This document shows, in pieces, positions 9,901 to 18,855 of a DNA stretch of 64,000 nucleotides (positions within the stretch are counted from its first letter, which is position 1; every line of letters starts with the position of its first letter). Position numbers and translations under genes: made by a program. Under the pieces are notes generated by a model. It saw nothing but the letters and a program-made list of their open reading frames with translations. It was not told where the DNA came from and searched no databases. Origin of the DNA: a virus (Duplodnaviria; Caudoviricetes); the IMG/VR virus record IMGVR_UViG_642918914_000001, positions 64,001-128,000 of that record; one strand, 5' to 3'.

Positions 9901-11592
9901 CCCAACAAGAAGTGGGTGGTGGGTGTTGGTCAGTCGATGGAAGAAGGGCTGAACCTCCAGTTCGCGTCGCGTATCATCCGTGCGTCTACGGTGTGGAACC
10001 CCGGCAACCTCGAACAGTCCAATGCTCGTATCGAGCGTCCGGAGTTCAAGAAGGCCGAGACCCGTCCACAGATCTTCTTCGACACGATCGTTGCCAACCG
10101 TACGTTCGACATCTCGAAGACGGCGCGTCTCATCGCGAAGGTGATCGCCGCTGCCAAGTTCGAGAACGCGGACAGCCATCTGTACGACGAGATTCCGGAT
10201 GTGCCGGTCATTCCGATGACGCTGGACACGATCCGTACGATGAACACGTGGGAACGTGTCAGCGATACGAATCCGGGCTTGGTCGAGTACATGAAGGCGT
10301 TGCAGGTGTACCAGGAGGTTCGCAACAAGGACTACGATCAGTACAAGGAGGACTACATCAAGAAGTACGGTGAAGGTCCTGTCATGTCGCCGATCGAAGT
10401 CGCGCCGACGCCGCCGGATTCCAAGCTGCTCAAGTACACTCCGTACGTTCCAGGTCTCGGCCTGTACAACGAGAAGGAGTTGGGCCTCGTACGTCTGGAC
10501 GAAGCCATGAACGTGGTGACCACGGACGAAGAGGAGGAAGACGACGAGAAGGAAGTGCCGGAAGGGTATGTGGATCCGGCCATCGTCCAGCGCGTCAACG
10601 AGCTGAACGGCAGTCTTGCGCATACCGAATGGGGCGACGGCTACATCCGTGGTCTGCGTCCGGGTGCCAAGATGGTGACGGTAGAACTGCTGAACGGCTA
10701 TCGTGTTCGCGTGCAGCGGTCGCAGGTGTTCGTTGTGGGCCGCGCACTGACCTCGAACAAGGACATCCGCAACCAGATCCTGAAGGCGATCGGCGATCTT
10801 CCGGTGAGCACGCCAGCCGAAGTGCCAGCAGATCGCTGGATTCCGAGTACCAAAGCACTCGAGATCCAGAAGAAGCAGGCAGACAAGCTGCGTCAGAAGG
10901 AAGAGAAGCAAGAGCAGAAGGAGAAGGAATCGGCGCTCAACATCGAGCTCACCCTGTTCGTTGCCAACGGCTTCTTGGGCATCGACTATCTGCTGGACGA
11001 CGAGAACCACATGGCTACTCGCGTGTTGCAGGCAGCAGGCTTCCGTACGACCCCGGAGTACTACTATTCCAAGGTCGTGAACGCCAAGGCGCTCGAGAAT
11101 CAGTTCGCACTGTGGGCAGAGAAGGGTCTGCAGATCGACCCAATCGTGCTGAAGCAAGGTGTGGGCGACGCGTTCAACGAGATGCTGCGTCTGCTGAAGG
11201 CGGGCTTGGTGCGCAATCACACCGAGACCTACAAGGCAACGCGTCAAGCGCAGGTCGTCAACTTCTACCGGCTGGAACATCGTCCGAGCAACAAGAAGGA
11301 ACTGTTCAAGCCCTACCCGATCATTCAGGATGGTGTGGCGTACATCGCACTCCCTGCAACTGGTCAGGCAGCGACGCGACTGGCAATGCAGTACAAGCGT
11401 CCGTCGTATAAGTGGATCAAGAGCGAACCGACGCTGTCCTACTTCGGTTCCTTCCAACAGGTGGTGAGCATGCTGCAGAAGCTGGAAGCGCAGGGTGTGC
11501 ACATTTCCAACAAGAAGGAGCTGAACAAGGAACTGAGCCGCTTGAAGTTGATGAAAGTGCGCAAGGTCGAGGACGATAAGGCGCTTGTCTAA
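6925..11592 (+). CDS. Large SNF2-family (SF2) ATPase/helicase, 1555 aa
   Basis: Motifs FLPHQ (Q), QTGGGKS (I), LVLCPSHL (Ia), IDEAHRIK (II), ASGTF (III), VIVFC (IV), EEGLNLQ (V) and WNPGNLEQSNARIER (VI). Long uncharacterised N- and C-terminal extensions. Confidence 0.9.
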   Translation: MANPTMVRADATRLRPTTNLIIPPGLTLPRKELKQNFMYVYTGAFTGTGSSFMTRLWASSFFPSLTNSPKFGKTRPRAVADGLAKELPMNFLRLKKVDTPNDPHFVASVPLYQFASHSSERTLRFLMDLFMGQRWSKTLIQHTAEQLDEVKEWNQQAAEAPKDQLSERVLPASHVINNMRLDAMGSEALRQCLLQVRIQSKGLYNVIFADFKIRKEEAQQLTTTEWSMLRSIDLYPLLLHWVRTTFGDRGQAPVASFPVSKIAFSLPPSHVESARVNDLGISVGPDGAPYFLPRSVDKNQTILYEDRYTGAGTRNDGSFALLDTEQGAEAMSSGHEPKTKLPHNMVVAVDWLNNKYSYTNTEGMLSVMDLTRFQPANVAHIHELLHSRSINEKHVSWFVSLGEAAGVPLTAFETLPSDLEDVQSETMKETLSRTAGPLLWFKTARQSYAQDINDLVPFASISVNGYSAMRPLARYFKLIEAAVRNNIEPVYLKYSVMTVAEMFSWLVLITHYTDDLPRLKADDAAYRHAALNQRVDPDYEVPSIPLMAPNMGFLPHQKKVRNLMKDSPDFAIMPVQTGGGKSILLLTDLLLEFKANRNEPYLVLCPSHLVPNYVKEAVYFTGGKLNVIAITNPAIRQNGWKRLQAIMMAAPRNTVVVVALDTLKFRPRTVSYGTTPVDVFPVIDFLRQFKFGYVAIDEAHRIKGATARNKSVMALVADIPKKRLASGTFVHDSPSDLAMTIAALDPTLFGTREEFNDKYGLEVRGGRVIKWKPNAQREIMQKIRSRVVIAGAMRKEWAAFLPKKVEWVGGVNLTPAQQAVYEDLLNKVIEQIEQDAKTNKALQDFVKGRHAKDNVRDDEADVEAEDEVEDERDDVDEDAGEDLSAMLNPYLARLEQFLVAPGSDPLGAALLKGEDLLSPKVALIYKRIRLHLEGGEADGKPYGPFPGKVIVFCNQVAAAEEIFNSAPPDLKKSGLLYKASDKVEILSQLENNPNKKWVVGVGQSMEEGLNLQFASRIIRASTVWNPGNLEQSNARIERPEFKKAETRPQIFFDTIVANRTFDISKTARLIAKVIAAAKFENADSHLYDEIPDVPVIPMTLDTIRTMNTWERVSDTNPGLVEYMKALQVYQEVRNKDYDQYKEDYIKKYGEGPVMSPIEVAPTPPDSKLLKYTPYVPGLGLYNEKELGLVRLDEAMNVVTTDEEEEDDEKEVPEGYVDPAIVQRVNELNGSLAHTEWGDGYIRGLRPGAKMVTVELLNGYRVRVQRSQVFVVGRALTSNKDIRNQILKAIGDLPVSTPAEVPADRWIPSTKALEIQKKQADKLRQKEEKQEQKEKESALNIELTLFVANGFLGIDYLLDDENHMATRVLQAAGFRTTPEYYYSKVVNAKALENQFALWAEKGLQIDPIVLKQGVGDAFNEMLRLLKAGLVRNHTETYKATRQAQVVNFYRLEHRPSNKKELFKPYPIIQDGVAYIALPATGQAATRLAMQYKRPSYKWIKSEPTLSYFGSFQQVVSMLQKLEAQGVHISNKKELNKELSRLKLMKVRKVEDDKALV

Positions 11593-11663
11593 GTCTGCAA
11601 TTTGATGGCGTTGGGCGGTTGCTTCCGCCCTCGCCCATCTACGTACCACTCAAGAGGATCAAC

Positions 11664-12143
11664 ATGAGCTTCGATTTCTCCAAGATCAAAGAAGCGGCTC
11701 GCGCCGCAGGCTACCTGCTGTCCGAAGGCGAGCACATCCTCGCGGAAGACTTCCAACATCTCGAGCACTGGGCCTTCTCGCACTTCGGTCTGAGCCGTCA
11801 AGACCTGCATTACGGTCTGGCGTATCCGGGCCTGCTGCCGAAGAACTTCCCGGGCCAGCCGGGTGCAGAACAAGCTCCCGCACCGGTTGCTGCTCCAATC
11901 CCGGAACCGACCAACGTGGAAGCTCCGGCTGCTGAACAAGCGCCGGACACACCGCAGGCACCGGAAGCGACGCCGGAACCGGCTGCTGAACAGGCACCGA
12001 CCCCGGAAGCTGCCCCGCAAGAACCGGCTGCTGAACAGCCTCCGGTCCAGGAACAGGCGCCGCAAGAACAACCGGCTGCTGAACAGCCTGCCGCTGAGCA
12101 AGCTCCGGCTGCTGAGCAACCGGCACAAGACGCTGCTCAATAA
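11664..12143 (+). CDS. Pro/Ala/Glu/Gln-rich low-complexity protein (PAAEQ repeats)
   Basis: RBS GAGGA, ATG at 11664. Multiple PAAEQ units in the C-terminal half. AATTTGAT upstream at 11599. Confidence 0.75.
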   Translation: MSFDFSKIKEAARAAGYLLSEGEHILAEDFQHLEHWAFSHFGLSRQDLHYGLAYPGLLPKNFPGQPGAEQAPAPVAAPIPEPTNVEAPAAEQAPDTPQAPEATPEPAAEQAPTPEAAPQEPAAEQPPVQEQAPQEQPAAEQPAAEQAPAAEQPAQDAAQ

Positions 12144-12158
12144 TCTGGAGGCTAAGTC

Positions 12159-12557
12159 ATGGGCACCAAAGCTCTTGGGAACCGTGGCTCCTACTTCATG
12201 TCCGGCGCTGATGGTATCGGGGGCGTCGCTGTCCCCGACCCATCCGTCGGCTGGACGGCTGTCGTTAGCGAAGGCAGCGACGTCGTCCATCTCGGAGCCT
12301 CTGATTGTGCAGCGCCGAACGGTGGCGTTCGTGTTGGCTGGTCGTTCCAGGCGTCGGCTGGCGTGCAGATCGACATCTCGTGTGGTCCGCGTGCTAAGGC
12401 CGCTTCCAACGACCCCAATCAGAATCAGGGAGTTGTGTGGGACACGACCACGGTGGGCGCGCTGTCGGCCAATACCATCAAGACCATCACTTCCCCGTTC
12501 ACTGCAATCCGTATCACCTTTACCGGAGCAGCGGAAGTGTACATCTGCTCTCGCTAA
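12159..12557 (+). CDS. Hypothetical beta-rich virion protein
   Basis: RBS GGAGG. Lies in the head operon. Confidence 0.65.
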   Translation: MGTKALGNRGSYFMSGADGIGGVAVPDPSVGWTAVVSEGSDVVHLGASDCAAPNGGVRVGWSFQASAGVQIDISCGPRAKAASNDPNQNQGVVWDTTTVGALSANTIKTITSPFTAIRITFTGAAEVYICSR

Positions 12558-12566
12558 GGAGGCGCT

Positions 12567-13367
12567 ATGGCAAAAGTGCCTCAAGCATTCACGCAGGCGA
12601 AGCGTGCGCAAGTGCGTAAGCCTCAGGTCGCATCCGAAACCTCGATGGAGGATGCAATCCTGACGCGTCAGGTCAACACCTATCAGCAATCCATCGAGAC
12701 GAAGGACGCGGAGCACGATCAGACGCTGCTGCACGGGTTGGATTTCACGACATGGTTGCCGTTCGCGGCTAAGACCTATCGTATCAGCCCGCGCATCGAG
12801 GACTACATCCTCGTCACGACCGTGATCTGTCCGTCGGAAATCCCGAACCGCAACGGCATCGCGTTCCCGACCTCGGAGCTGGTGACATTCCAGCCACCTC
12901 CGATGAACCGGATGGTGTACAAGGCGTGGGCTGGATGTCCGGTGCATCTGGAACACGATAACGAAGTTCACGAACGAGCCTACGGCGTGATCCTCGACAC
13001 GTCGTTCCACAAGGTGGAAGGCTACGGTGGCGGCAGCATCTGGAAGGTCATGGGGCTTCTGGCAATCGACAAGCAGAAGAATCCGGACATCGCCCAGGAA
13101 GTGCTGCAAGGGTCGATCGACACGTACTCCATGGGTGCGCTGGTTGACTACTTCACGTGCGGATACTGCGGAGCGGAGAACACTGGTCGCAATCGCTGTT
13201 CGCACATCACGTCTATCAAGGACGTGAACTTCAACCTGCACAAGGACTGGAATGGGAAGTCGCATCTCTCGTTCCTCAATGCGCATGGCATTCAACCGAT
13301 CGAGTGCTCCATCGTCCGTGATCCGGCGTGGGCTCCTGCACTCAGCGACGCCGTGAGGGAGTGGTGA
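12567..13367 (+). CDS. Prohead maturation serine protease (HK97/assemblin fold)
   Basis: NRNG..F, VHLEHD (catalytic His), YSMG (catalytic Ser), an inserted CxxC..C Zn motif and ECSIVRDPA. Lies upstream of the scaffold and capsid genes. Confidence 0.85.
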   Translation: MAKVPQAFTQAKRAQVRKPQVASETSMEDAILTRQVNTYQQSIETKDAEHDQTLLHGLDFTTWLPFAAKTYRISPRIEDYILVTTVICPSEIPNRNGIAFPTSELVTFQPPPMNRMVYKAWAGCPVHLEHDNEVHERAYGVILDTSFHKVEGYGGGSIWKVMGLLAIDKQKNPDIAQEVLQGSIDTYSMGALVDYFTCGYCGAENTGRNRCSHITSIKDVNFNLHKDWNGKSHLSFLNAHGIQPIECSIVRDPAWAPALSDAVREW

Positions 13368-13828
13368 TGTACGAGATCAAAGCGGCGGTTGACCGCCTGA
13401 AAGCAACGGAGGTCGTCGCTGGATACAGTGGCACGAAAGTCGGTGACCTCAACAAATATGTCCGCGCCCTGAACCCGAAAGTCAAACCCATTGGCAACTC
13501 GGGTATGGGCGGCGGTGGTCGTGCTGGTGAAGCTGCGTGCTTGGTATCGGCCGAAGACGCATTGGATTTGGTGAACGCCCTGATCAAAGACGGATGGACA
13601 GGACGCCGTACTTCGAAGAGGGCCGGTCCTCCAGGACGAGAAGCTACGAAGTACGAGTACATGATCTACCGTCCGAAGGACGATCTTCCGGGTCTTCCGT
13701 ACATCACCGTGTCGAAGCCCGCGTCCGATGGCAAATGTCGTATCCGCTTGAGCCAGGAAACTGCTGCTGCAATTCGTTCGCGTCGCAACAGCAAGTTCAT
13801 GTTCAATCCGGTCAAGCGTTACAAGTAA
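13367..13828 (+). CDS. Small basic orphan protein, leader-motif family (MYEIKAAVDRLKATEVVAG)
   Basis: TGATG overlap with the protease gene. Shared motif. Confidence 0.75.
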   Translation: MYEIKAAVDRLKATEVVAGYSGTKVGDLNKYVRALNPKVKPIGNSGMGGGGRAGEAACLVSAEDALDLVNALIKDGWTGRRTSKRAGPPGREATKYEYMIYRPKDDLPGLPYITVSKPASDGKCRIRLSQETAAAIRSRRNSKFMFNPVKRYK

Positions 13829-13865
13829 TGAGTTCCTTGTCAGCTGACGAACAGCTGATCTTCAG

Positions 13866-13901
13866 ACCCCGCCCTGCGCAAGCTCGGCGGGGTTTCTTTT
13901 T
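13866..13901 (+). terminator. Rho-independent terminator
   Basis: ACCCCGCC...GGCGGGGT stem followed by TTCTTTTT. Confidence 0.8.
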
Positions 13902-14003
13902 GACTAAAATCCCCCGTTCTGCAATTTGACAATAGCGACAGGTTCAGAATGCGCGCGCAACCTAAATCTGCCTCGTTCCATCAATCTTCCTAGAGAGGAC
14001 TCT

Positions 14004-15554
14004 ATGGCCATTGGCACCCGCAAGAAGCGCGTGTTGGCAGCTAAGGACTTCAGCGGTCCGGGCTCCACCACCCACTTCCCCAACGATGAGAAGATGGCGG
14101 ACGTCAAGTCCGACGTCGAAGTCAAGAACAACCAGGATCCGCAGGACCTGCTGATCGATCCGGATGACGAGTCGGGTTCGACTCACTTCCGCAACGAGGA
14201 GAAGCTCAACGACAAGTCGAAGGGCAATCCCGCAACCGCCAAGGCCGTCAAGACCACGGCTGCCGAGGTGGACGTGGAACACGACGAAGCCGAAGGCTAC
14301 ACGCAAGACCTGTCGGCGCTGGACGAAGGTCTGCCGAAGAAGGGCGATGAAGCCGATCTGAAGGCAAGCACCAAGACCACCGCCGCCGAAGACTGCGACG
14401 ACAAGGGTCCGCAAGCTACCACGCACAGCCCGAACGGTGACGACGTGGCCGAGCCGGCGGAAGGCTACCTGACGAACGCTGAACTCGAAGACCTGGACGA
14501 AGAGTTCGAGGACGAAGAGGAAGTGGACGCAGACGCACTGGCCGACGACGCGGGCCAGAACCCGCAGCAATCGCTGCTGGACGTGACCGACGAGCTGGAA
14601 GAAGTCGACGCCGAGATGGAAATGGGTGACGACGAGCACGAGTTCACGGACGACGTGGAAGAAGACGACATCGCGGAAGCGGACGTCGACAGCATGCCGA
14701 TCCTGGACGTGGACGACGCCGACGATGACGGCGACGACGTGGTGTTCGCCAGCGTCGGCAATCGCCTGCACGTGATCAAGGGCAACCGCATCGTCGCTTC
14801 GATGGGCAAGAAGCTGGCAGCCAAGGCCAGTGTCGAGGACCTGTACCTGAGCGAGCAATTCCAAGACGCCTCGTACGCCGAGTTCTCGAAGCACGGCCTG
14901 CGCGCTGGTCTCCGCAAGATGGGCTTCGCTCTGGCCACGGTTGACGTGGCGAAGAACGAGCTGATCAACAAGCGCGTGGAAGCCAAGGCCAAGAAGGTGA
15001 CGGCTGCTGTTCGTCGTACGGCGCAAGCGTCGAACGATGCGCTGGGCCAATGCTTGGCGATCGCTGCAGTCGGCATCAACCGTCAGTACTTCAAGGACTC
15101 GCGCAACGAACTGCGCGCTGCTCTCGAAAGCGAACTGGCGGCTGCTGGTGTGCGCGGTGCACGTCAACTGCTGAAGACCGTGTTTGCCAAGCATGGCGTG
15201 TCCTACGCCAAGGACATCCTGACGCTGGCCAACTCGCTGGTCACCAAGCCGGAAGAAGTGCGCAACGCCTACGCTGAAGCTCTGGACCTGACGTCGGACG
15301 GCGAAGTCGAGGAGCTGGATGACATGGAAGGCGACGAGTTCGGTCAGCCGGCCAATCCGGACTTCATGACGGAAGCCGACCAGGACGAAGACTTCGTGGA
15401 TGAGTTCGAAGAAGAGATCGAAGCCCCGGAAACGGTGCATGCAGCTCTGGCACGACCCATCCATCGTCGTCAGAAGGTTCAGGCTGCCAGCTACTCGTCC
15501 GGCGCACAAGCTGTGCTGGCGGGCACGGCCAAGCTGCCGTTTGCGCAGTTCTAA
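14004..15554 (+). CDS. Probable prohead scaffold/core protein (highly acidic)
   Basis: RBS GAGGA, ATG at 14004. Very D/E-rich. Lies between the protease and the capsid genes. Many [VLT]-x-A sites. Confidence 0.65.
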   Translation: MAIGTRKKRVLAAKDFSGPGSTTHFPNDEKMADVKSDVEVKNNQDPQDLLIDPDDESGSTHFRNEEKLNDKSKGNPATAKAVKTTAAEVDVEHDEAEGYTQDLSALDEGLPKKGDEADLKASTKTTAAEDCDDKGPQATTHSPNGDDVAEPAEGYLTNAELEDLDEEFEDEEEVDADALADDAGQNPQQSLLDVTDELEEVDAEMEMGDDEHEFTDDVEEDDIAEADVDSMPILDVDDADDDGDDVVFASVGNRLHVIKGNRIVASMGKKLAAKASVEDLYLSEQFQDASYAEFSKHGLRAGLRKMGFALATVDVAKNELINKRVEAKAKKVTAAVRRTAQASNDALGQCLAIAAVGINRQYFKDSRNELRAALESELAAAGVRGARQLLKTVFAKHGVSYAKDILTLANSLVTKPEEVRNAYAEALDLTSDGEVEELDDMEGDEFGQPANPDFMTEADQDEDFVDEFEEEIEAPETVHAALARPIHRRQKVQAASYSSGAQAVLAGTAKLPFAQF

Positions 15555-15637
15555 ACCCACAACCTGCATTTTGATGGTGAGGGGCAGCGTCCAGCGGATG
15601 CAGGTCCCCACCAGAATTCTTCCCTTGGAGATTGAAT

Positions 15638-16378
15638 ATGATTTCTCGTCCGCTGACTCGTGTCGTTAACTCGGCCGAAATGAATGTGGCTCCGGGCGCT
15701 GTCATCCTGGCTGAAGGTCAGGCTCTGGTCCGCGCGAACGGCAATCTGCCTGCTGGCGTTCTGCCGGCCACCGGTACTGCAACCGACGTGTTCATGGGCT
15801 TCGCGTTCGCCGGTACCTCGGCTTACCCGTTCCCGGAACAGTACACCAACAAGGTCGAAAGCTTCATCGCTCCGGCCGCTGGCAACACCATCACGCTGAG
15901 CCAGACCCCGATCGCCGGTCAAGTGTTCATCCTGGATACGACCAACGGCACGCCGCTGGTTGCTGGCACCGACTTCACCGTGGCAGGCAACGTCGTCACG
16001 CTGTCGGGTACCAAGTTCAAGGCTGGCGACACGCTGGCTGTGACCTACAAGTACTCCATGACCGTGGTCCAGGCCGCTGCTCTGATGGGCAACACCCAGC
16101 CGGGCGGCTACGCGGGTGCCTACGTCGGTCAGATCGGTGTCGTGACGCGTGGCGTCGTGTACACGTCGGAATTCGACGCATCGGCTTCGTGGGCCACCGC
16201 GACCAAGAACACCGGCGGCGCTCTCGCAGCGACCGACATCGTTCTGGGTGCCAACGGCCAGCTCACGCTGCACGGCACGACCGCTGGCGCCAACGGCGTT
16301 GCGTTCCCGGGCGTCGTGATCGCTGTTCCTGGCGAATCGTACCCGTTCCTGGGTGTCGACTTCTCGGCTGCTGTCTAA
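15638..16378 (+). CDS. Capsid decoration/stabilising protein (probable)
   Basis: RBS GGAG. Directly upstream of the MCP. G/A/T/V-rich beta protein with strongly biased codons. Confidence 0.6.
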   Translation: MISRPLTRVVNSAEMNVAPGAVILAEGQALVRANGNLPAGVLPATGTATDVFMGFAFAGTSAYPFPEQYTNKVESFIAPAAGNTITLSQTPIAGQVFILDTTNGTPLVAGTDFTVAGNVVTLSGTKFKAGDTLAVTYKYSMTVVQAAALMGNTQPGGYAGAYVGQIGVVTRGVVYTSEFDASASWATATKNTGGALAATDIVLGANGQLTLHGTTAGANGVAFPGVVIAVPGESYPFLGVDFSAAV

Positions 16379-16411
16379 TAGACCGGCCTCAACAAACATC
16401 TGGAGCTAAAC

Positions 16412-17500
16412 ATGGTTCGTCAAAAGGTTAAGATTGCTGCTTCCAAGAAGCCGGTGGTTGCCGCAACCGAGTACAAGTTCGGCGGCTCGAATGAGCGCGC
16501 TGTGGGCGCCAACGGTGAACTGAACGCGAGCAACAAGCGCGATCTGATCAACCGCCAAATCCAATTCATCCAGGCCGCCTCGCGTGGCGAACTGGCTGCT
16601 GACGGTCAAGTGCTGAAGGCCGAAGCCGCCGCGCAAACCTCGAAAGAACTGGTGCAAGCTGCGTTCAACGACAGCGAAGCGCACCGCGTTCTGGGTGAGC
16701 GCATGGCCGACAGCCTGTACCAGACCTGCAACCGTCAGGGCTTCGCTCGTAAGTACCTGACCAAGATCACGGTCGAACAAGGCAGCATTCCGCGCTTCCC
16801 GGTCCGTCTGAAGAACGTGGTCGCCGCGTACTCGACGTCGCCGACGCAGATCCAGTCGCAAATCACGCTGGACAAGTGGCTGACCCCGCCCGAGCTGCAA
16901 CTGGTGGCTCGTCCGTTCATTCCCCTGAACGACCTGAACCAGTCGGCCGGCGACGTGCTGCAAGAGAAGTACGTGGAAGCCACCGAAGCCATCATGGTGT
17001 CGGAAGACCGCCTGTGGTACAACCTGGTGAACTCGATGGTGGGTGTCGACAACCCGCTGTCCATCATCAGCGGCTCGCTCACGCCGTACTCGTTCATGCA
17101 AGTGCAACAGAACGTGACGCGCTGGGGCCTGAAGGCACCGCACGTGCTGATCGCCAGCGATCTGTACGTCGACATCGTCGGCAACAGCGACTTCTACTTG
17201 GCCATCGACCCGGTCGCTCGCCACGAACTGCTGCTGACCGGTGAAATCGGCGTGATGTACGGCTGCACGATCACCTCGGACGCCTACCGCTTCCCGGAAC
17301 ACAAGGTGCTGAACCGCGGCGAATTCTTCGTCGTGGCCGACGCCCTGAACCATGGCGCGTACTCGGATCGCGGCGGTCTGCAATCGCAGCCGACCGACAT
17401 CACCGTGGAACGTGTGCCGGGCCGTGGCTGGGTGATGTACGAATCGCTCGCCATGTCGGTTGCCAACAGCACCTCGGTGGCGAAGGGTCTCCGCATCTAA
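16412..17500 (+). CDS. Major capsid protein (HK97 fold)
   Basis: 362 aa with strongly biased codons, positioned after the protease/scaffold. C-terminal GWVMYESLAMSVANSTSVAK is typical of HK97-fold MCP ends. Followed by a hairpin. Confidence 0.85.
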   Translation: MVRQKVKIAASKKPVVAATEYKFGGSNERAVGANGELNASNKRDLINRQIQFIQAASRGELAADGQVLKAEAAAQTSKELVQAAFNDSEAHRVLGERMADSLYQTCNRQGFARKYLTKITVEQGSIPRFPVRLKNVVAAYSTSPTQIQSQITLDKWLTPPELQLVARPFIPLNDLNQSAGDVLQEKYVEATEAIMVSEDRLWYNLVNSMVGVDNPLSIISGSLTPYSFMQVQQNVTRWGLKAPHVLIASDLYVDIVGNSDFYLAIDPVARHELLLTGEIGVMYGCTITSDAYRFPEHKVLNRGEFFVVADALNHGAYSDRGGLQSQPTDITVERVPGRGWVMYESLAMSVANSTSVAKGLRI

Positions 17501-17507
17501 GGACCTC

Positions 17508-17534
17508 GGAGGTGACGGCAAATCTGTCACCTCC
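17508..17534 (+). terminator. Stem-loop after MCP
   Basis: GGAGGTGAC...GTCACCTCC inverted repeat. Confidence 0.55.
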
Positions 17535-17558
17535 TCAACCTGACAACTGGAGATCGAG

Positions 17559-18047
17559 ATGAAGTACAACCGAGCATTGGATTTTCTGATGACGGCTGCC
17601 GTCAAGTATGCGCAAGGCAAGCCGGAGCTGGCTGCCAAGTGCATGCACAAGGCCAGCCTCGAGCCGAGCTTCGCTCACGCCATTCGCATCCTCGAAGCGT
17701 CCAACGCCCAAGCCTATCAGGCGCAGGTGACGGCCAACGCTGAAGCCAAGGCCAAGGTGGAAGCCGAAGCCAAGGAAGACGAGGAACTCGAAGGGCTGGT
17801 GGGCGACGCCGACGACATGGAAGACGAGGAAGAGGCCGAAGAGGAAGTGGAAGCTGCCTCCGAGCCTGAAGGTGAACCGGGCGAAGTCGAAGACGAAGCC
17901 CTGGAAATCGAGGAAGCTGAAGAAGCTCCCCACGAGAAGTTCGCCAAGCTCCTGGCATCCATGAAGAAGCCGGCGAAAGCCACGGCTGCTGCAACCCCGG
18001 CTGTCGCCAAGAAGCCGGTGGCCGCTGCCAAGCGCGCTGCGAAGTAA
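17559..18047 (+). CDS. Acidic head-associated protein with Lys/Ala-rich tail
   Basis: RBS GGAG. E/D-rich centre. C-terminal KKPAKATAAATPAVAKKPVAAAKRAAK. Confidence 0.7.
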   Translation: MKYNRALDFLMTAAVKYAQGKPELAAKCMHKASLEPSFAHAIRILEASNAQAYQAQVTANAEAKAKVEAEAKEDEELEGLVGDADDMEDEEEAEEEVEAASEPEGEPGEVEDEALEIEEAEEAPHEKFAKLLASMKKPAKATAAATPAVAKKPVAAAKRAAK

Positions 18048-18093
18048 TTCCCTGTCTCTAGAGACGGAGAAAGTCGGACCCCTTGGGTCCCCG

Positions 18094-18133
18094 GGCCCGG
18101 ACCTTTAACAAGGCTTCCGGGCCTTTTTCATTT
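18094..18133 (+). terminator. Rho-independent terminator
   Basis: GGCCCGGA...TCCGGGCC followed by TTTTTCATTT. Confidence 0.75.
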
Positions 18134-18142
18134 GGTGGGTCT

Positions 18143-18808
18143 ATGACCACGACGATTCAACCAATTGACTCATTCGTCTTCGCTGGGTTTCAGCAACGCT
18201 TCCAGCAAGTCTTCAATTGCCCTTGCCTGTTCATCAACCAGAACGACCGCACCAAGGTCATTGACCGGATCTTCGGACAAGGCAATCCGATCGAGTACCC
18301 ATACGCCTACTTCGTGATTCAGCGACTGTCTGCCAACAACGACAGCTACAATCCTCACCAGATGGGGCGTCGCGGGATCACCTTGAATGTGGACAGCGAA
18401 CAGACGATTCAGACTGTGCGCGTGCTGCCTACCACTTTCGAAGTGGAGGTCAACTACATCACCAACAAGATGGAGAGCACGGCGCAGGGATCGGTCATCG
18501 CGTTTGCACGGCGTTGGCTGCTCGCGCGGCGTTTCGGCTACCTGAAGTTCAGCATCAACTACGGCAATCTCCAGTTCGGTGTGGGAACCACTCTGCCTGA
18601 GGAGGTGCCTATTCCGCAGCGTGAGAACATCACTGAGACCGAAACCAAGTACGACGTGGTGACCACGATTGCAGTGCACGGTTACGTGAGTGAGCCGATG
18701 TTGGGACGTCAGGGCAAGGTCAACAAGGTGAACCTCAATCAGGGCATCCAGCTGCCGAAAGGACAGGTGGTCAGTACTCAGACCTTCACGTGGAACAAGC
18801 CTCAATAG
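18143..18808 (+). CDS. Putative tail completion/terminator or neck protein
   Basis: ATG at 18143. YPYAYF motif, alpha/beta pattern and position two genes upstream of the sheath. Confidence 0.5.
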   Translation: MTTTIQPIDSFVFAGFQQRFQQVFNCPCLFINQNDRTKVIDRIFGQGNPIEYPYAYFVIQRLSANNDSYNPHQMGRRGITLNVDSEQTIQTVRVLPTTFEVEVNYITNKMESTAQGSVIAFARRWLLARRFGYLKFSINYGNLQFGVGTTLPEEVPIPQRENITETETKYDVVTTIAVHGYVSEPMLGRQGKVNKVNLNQGIQLPKGQVVSTQTFTWNKPQ

Positions 18809-18855
18809 CAACCAGCGTGAATTTGATAGTAGGAATTCAACTAAAGGAGTCAGCA

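Noticed and set aside
2516-13931. TTGACA at 2516 and 13926 as sigma70 -35 boxes
   Set aside because: No convincing -10 hexamer at 16-18 bp spacing. Both overlap the AATTTGA motif, which explains them better.
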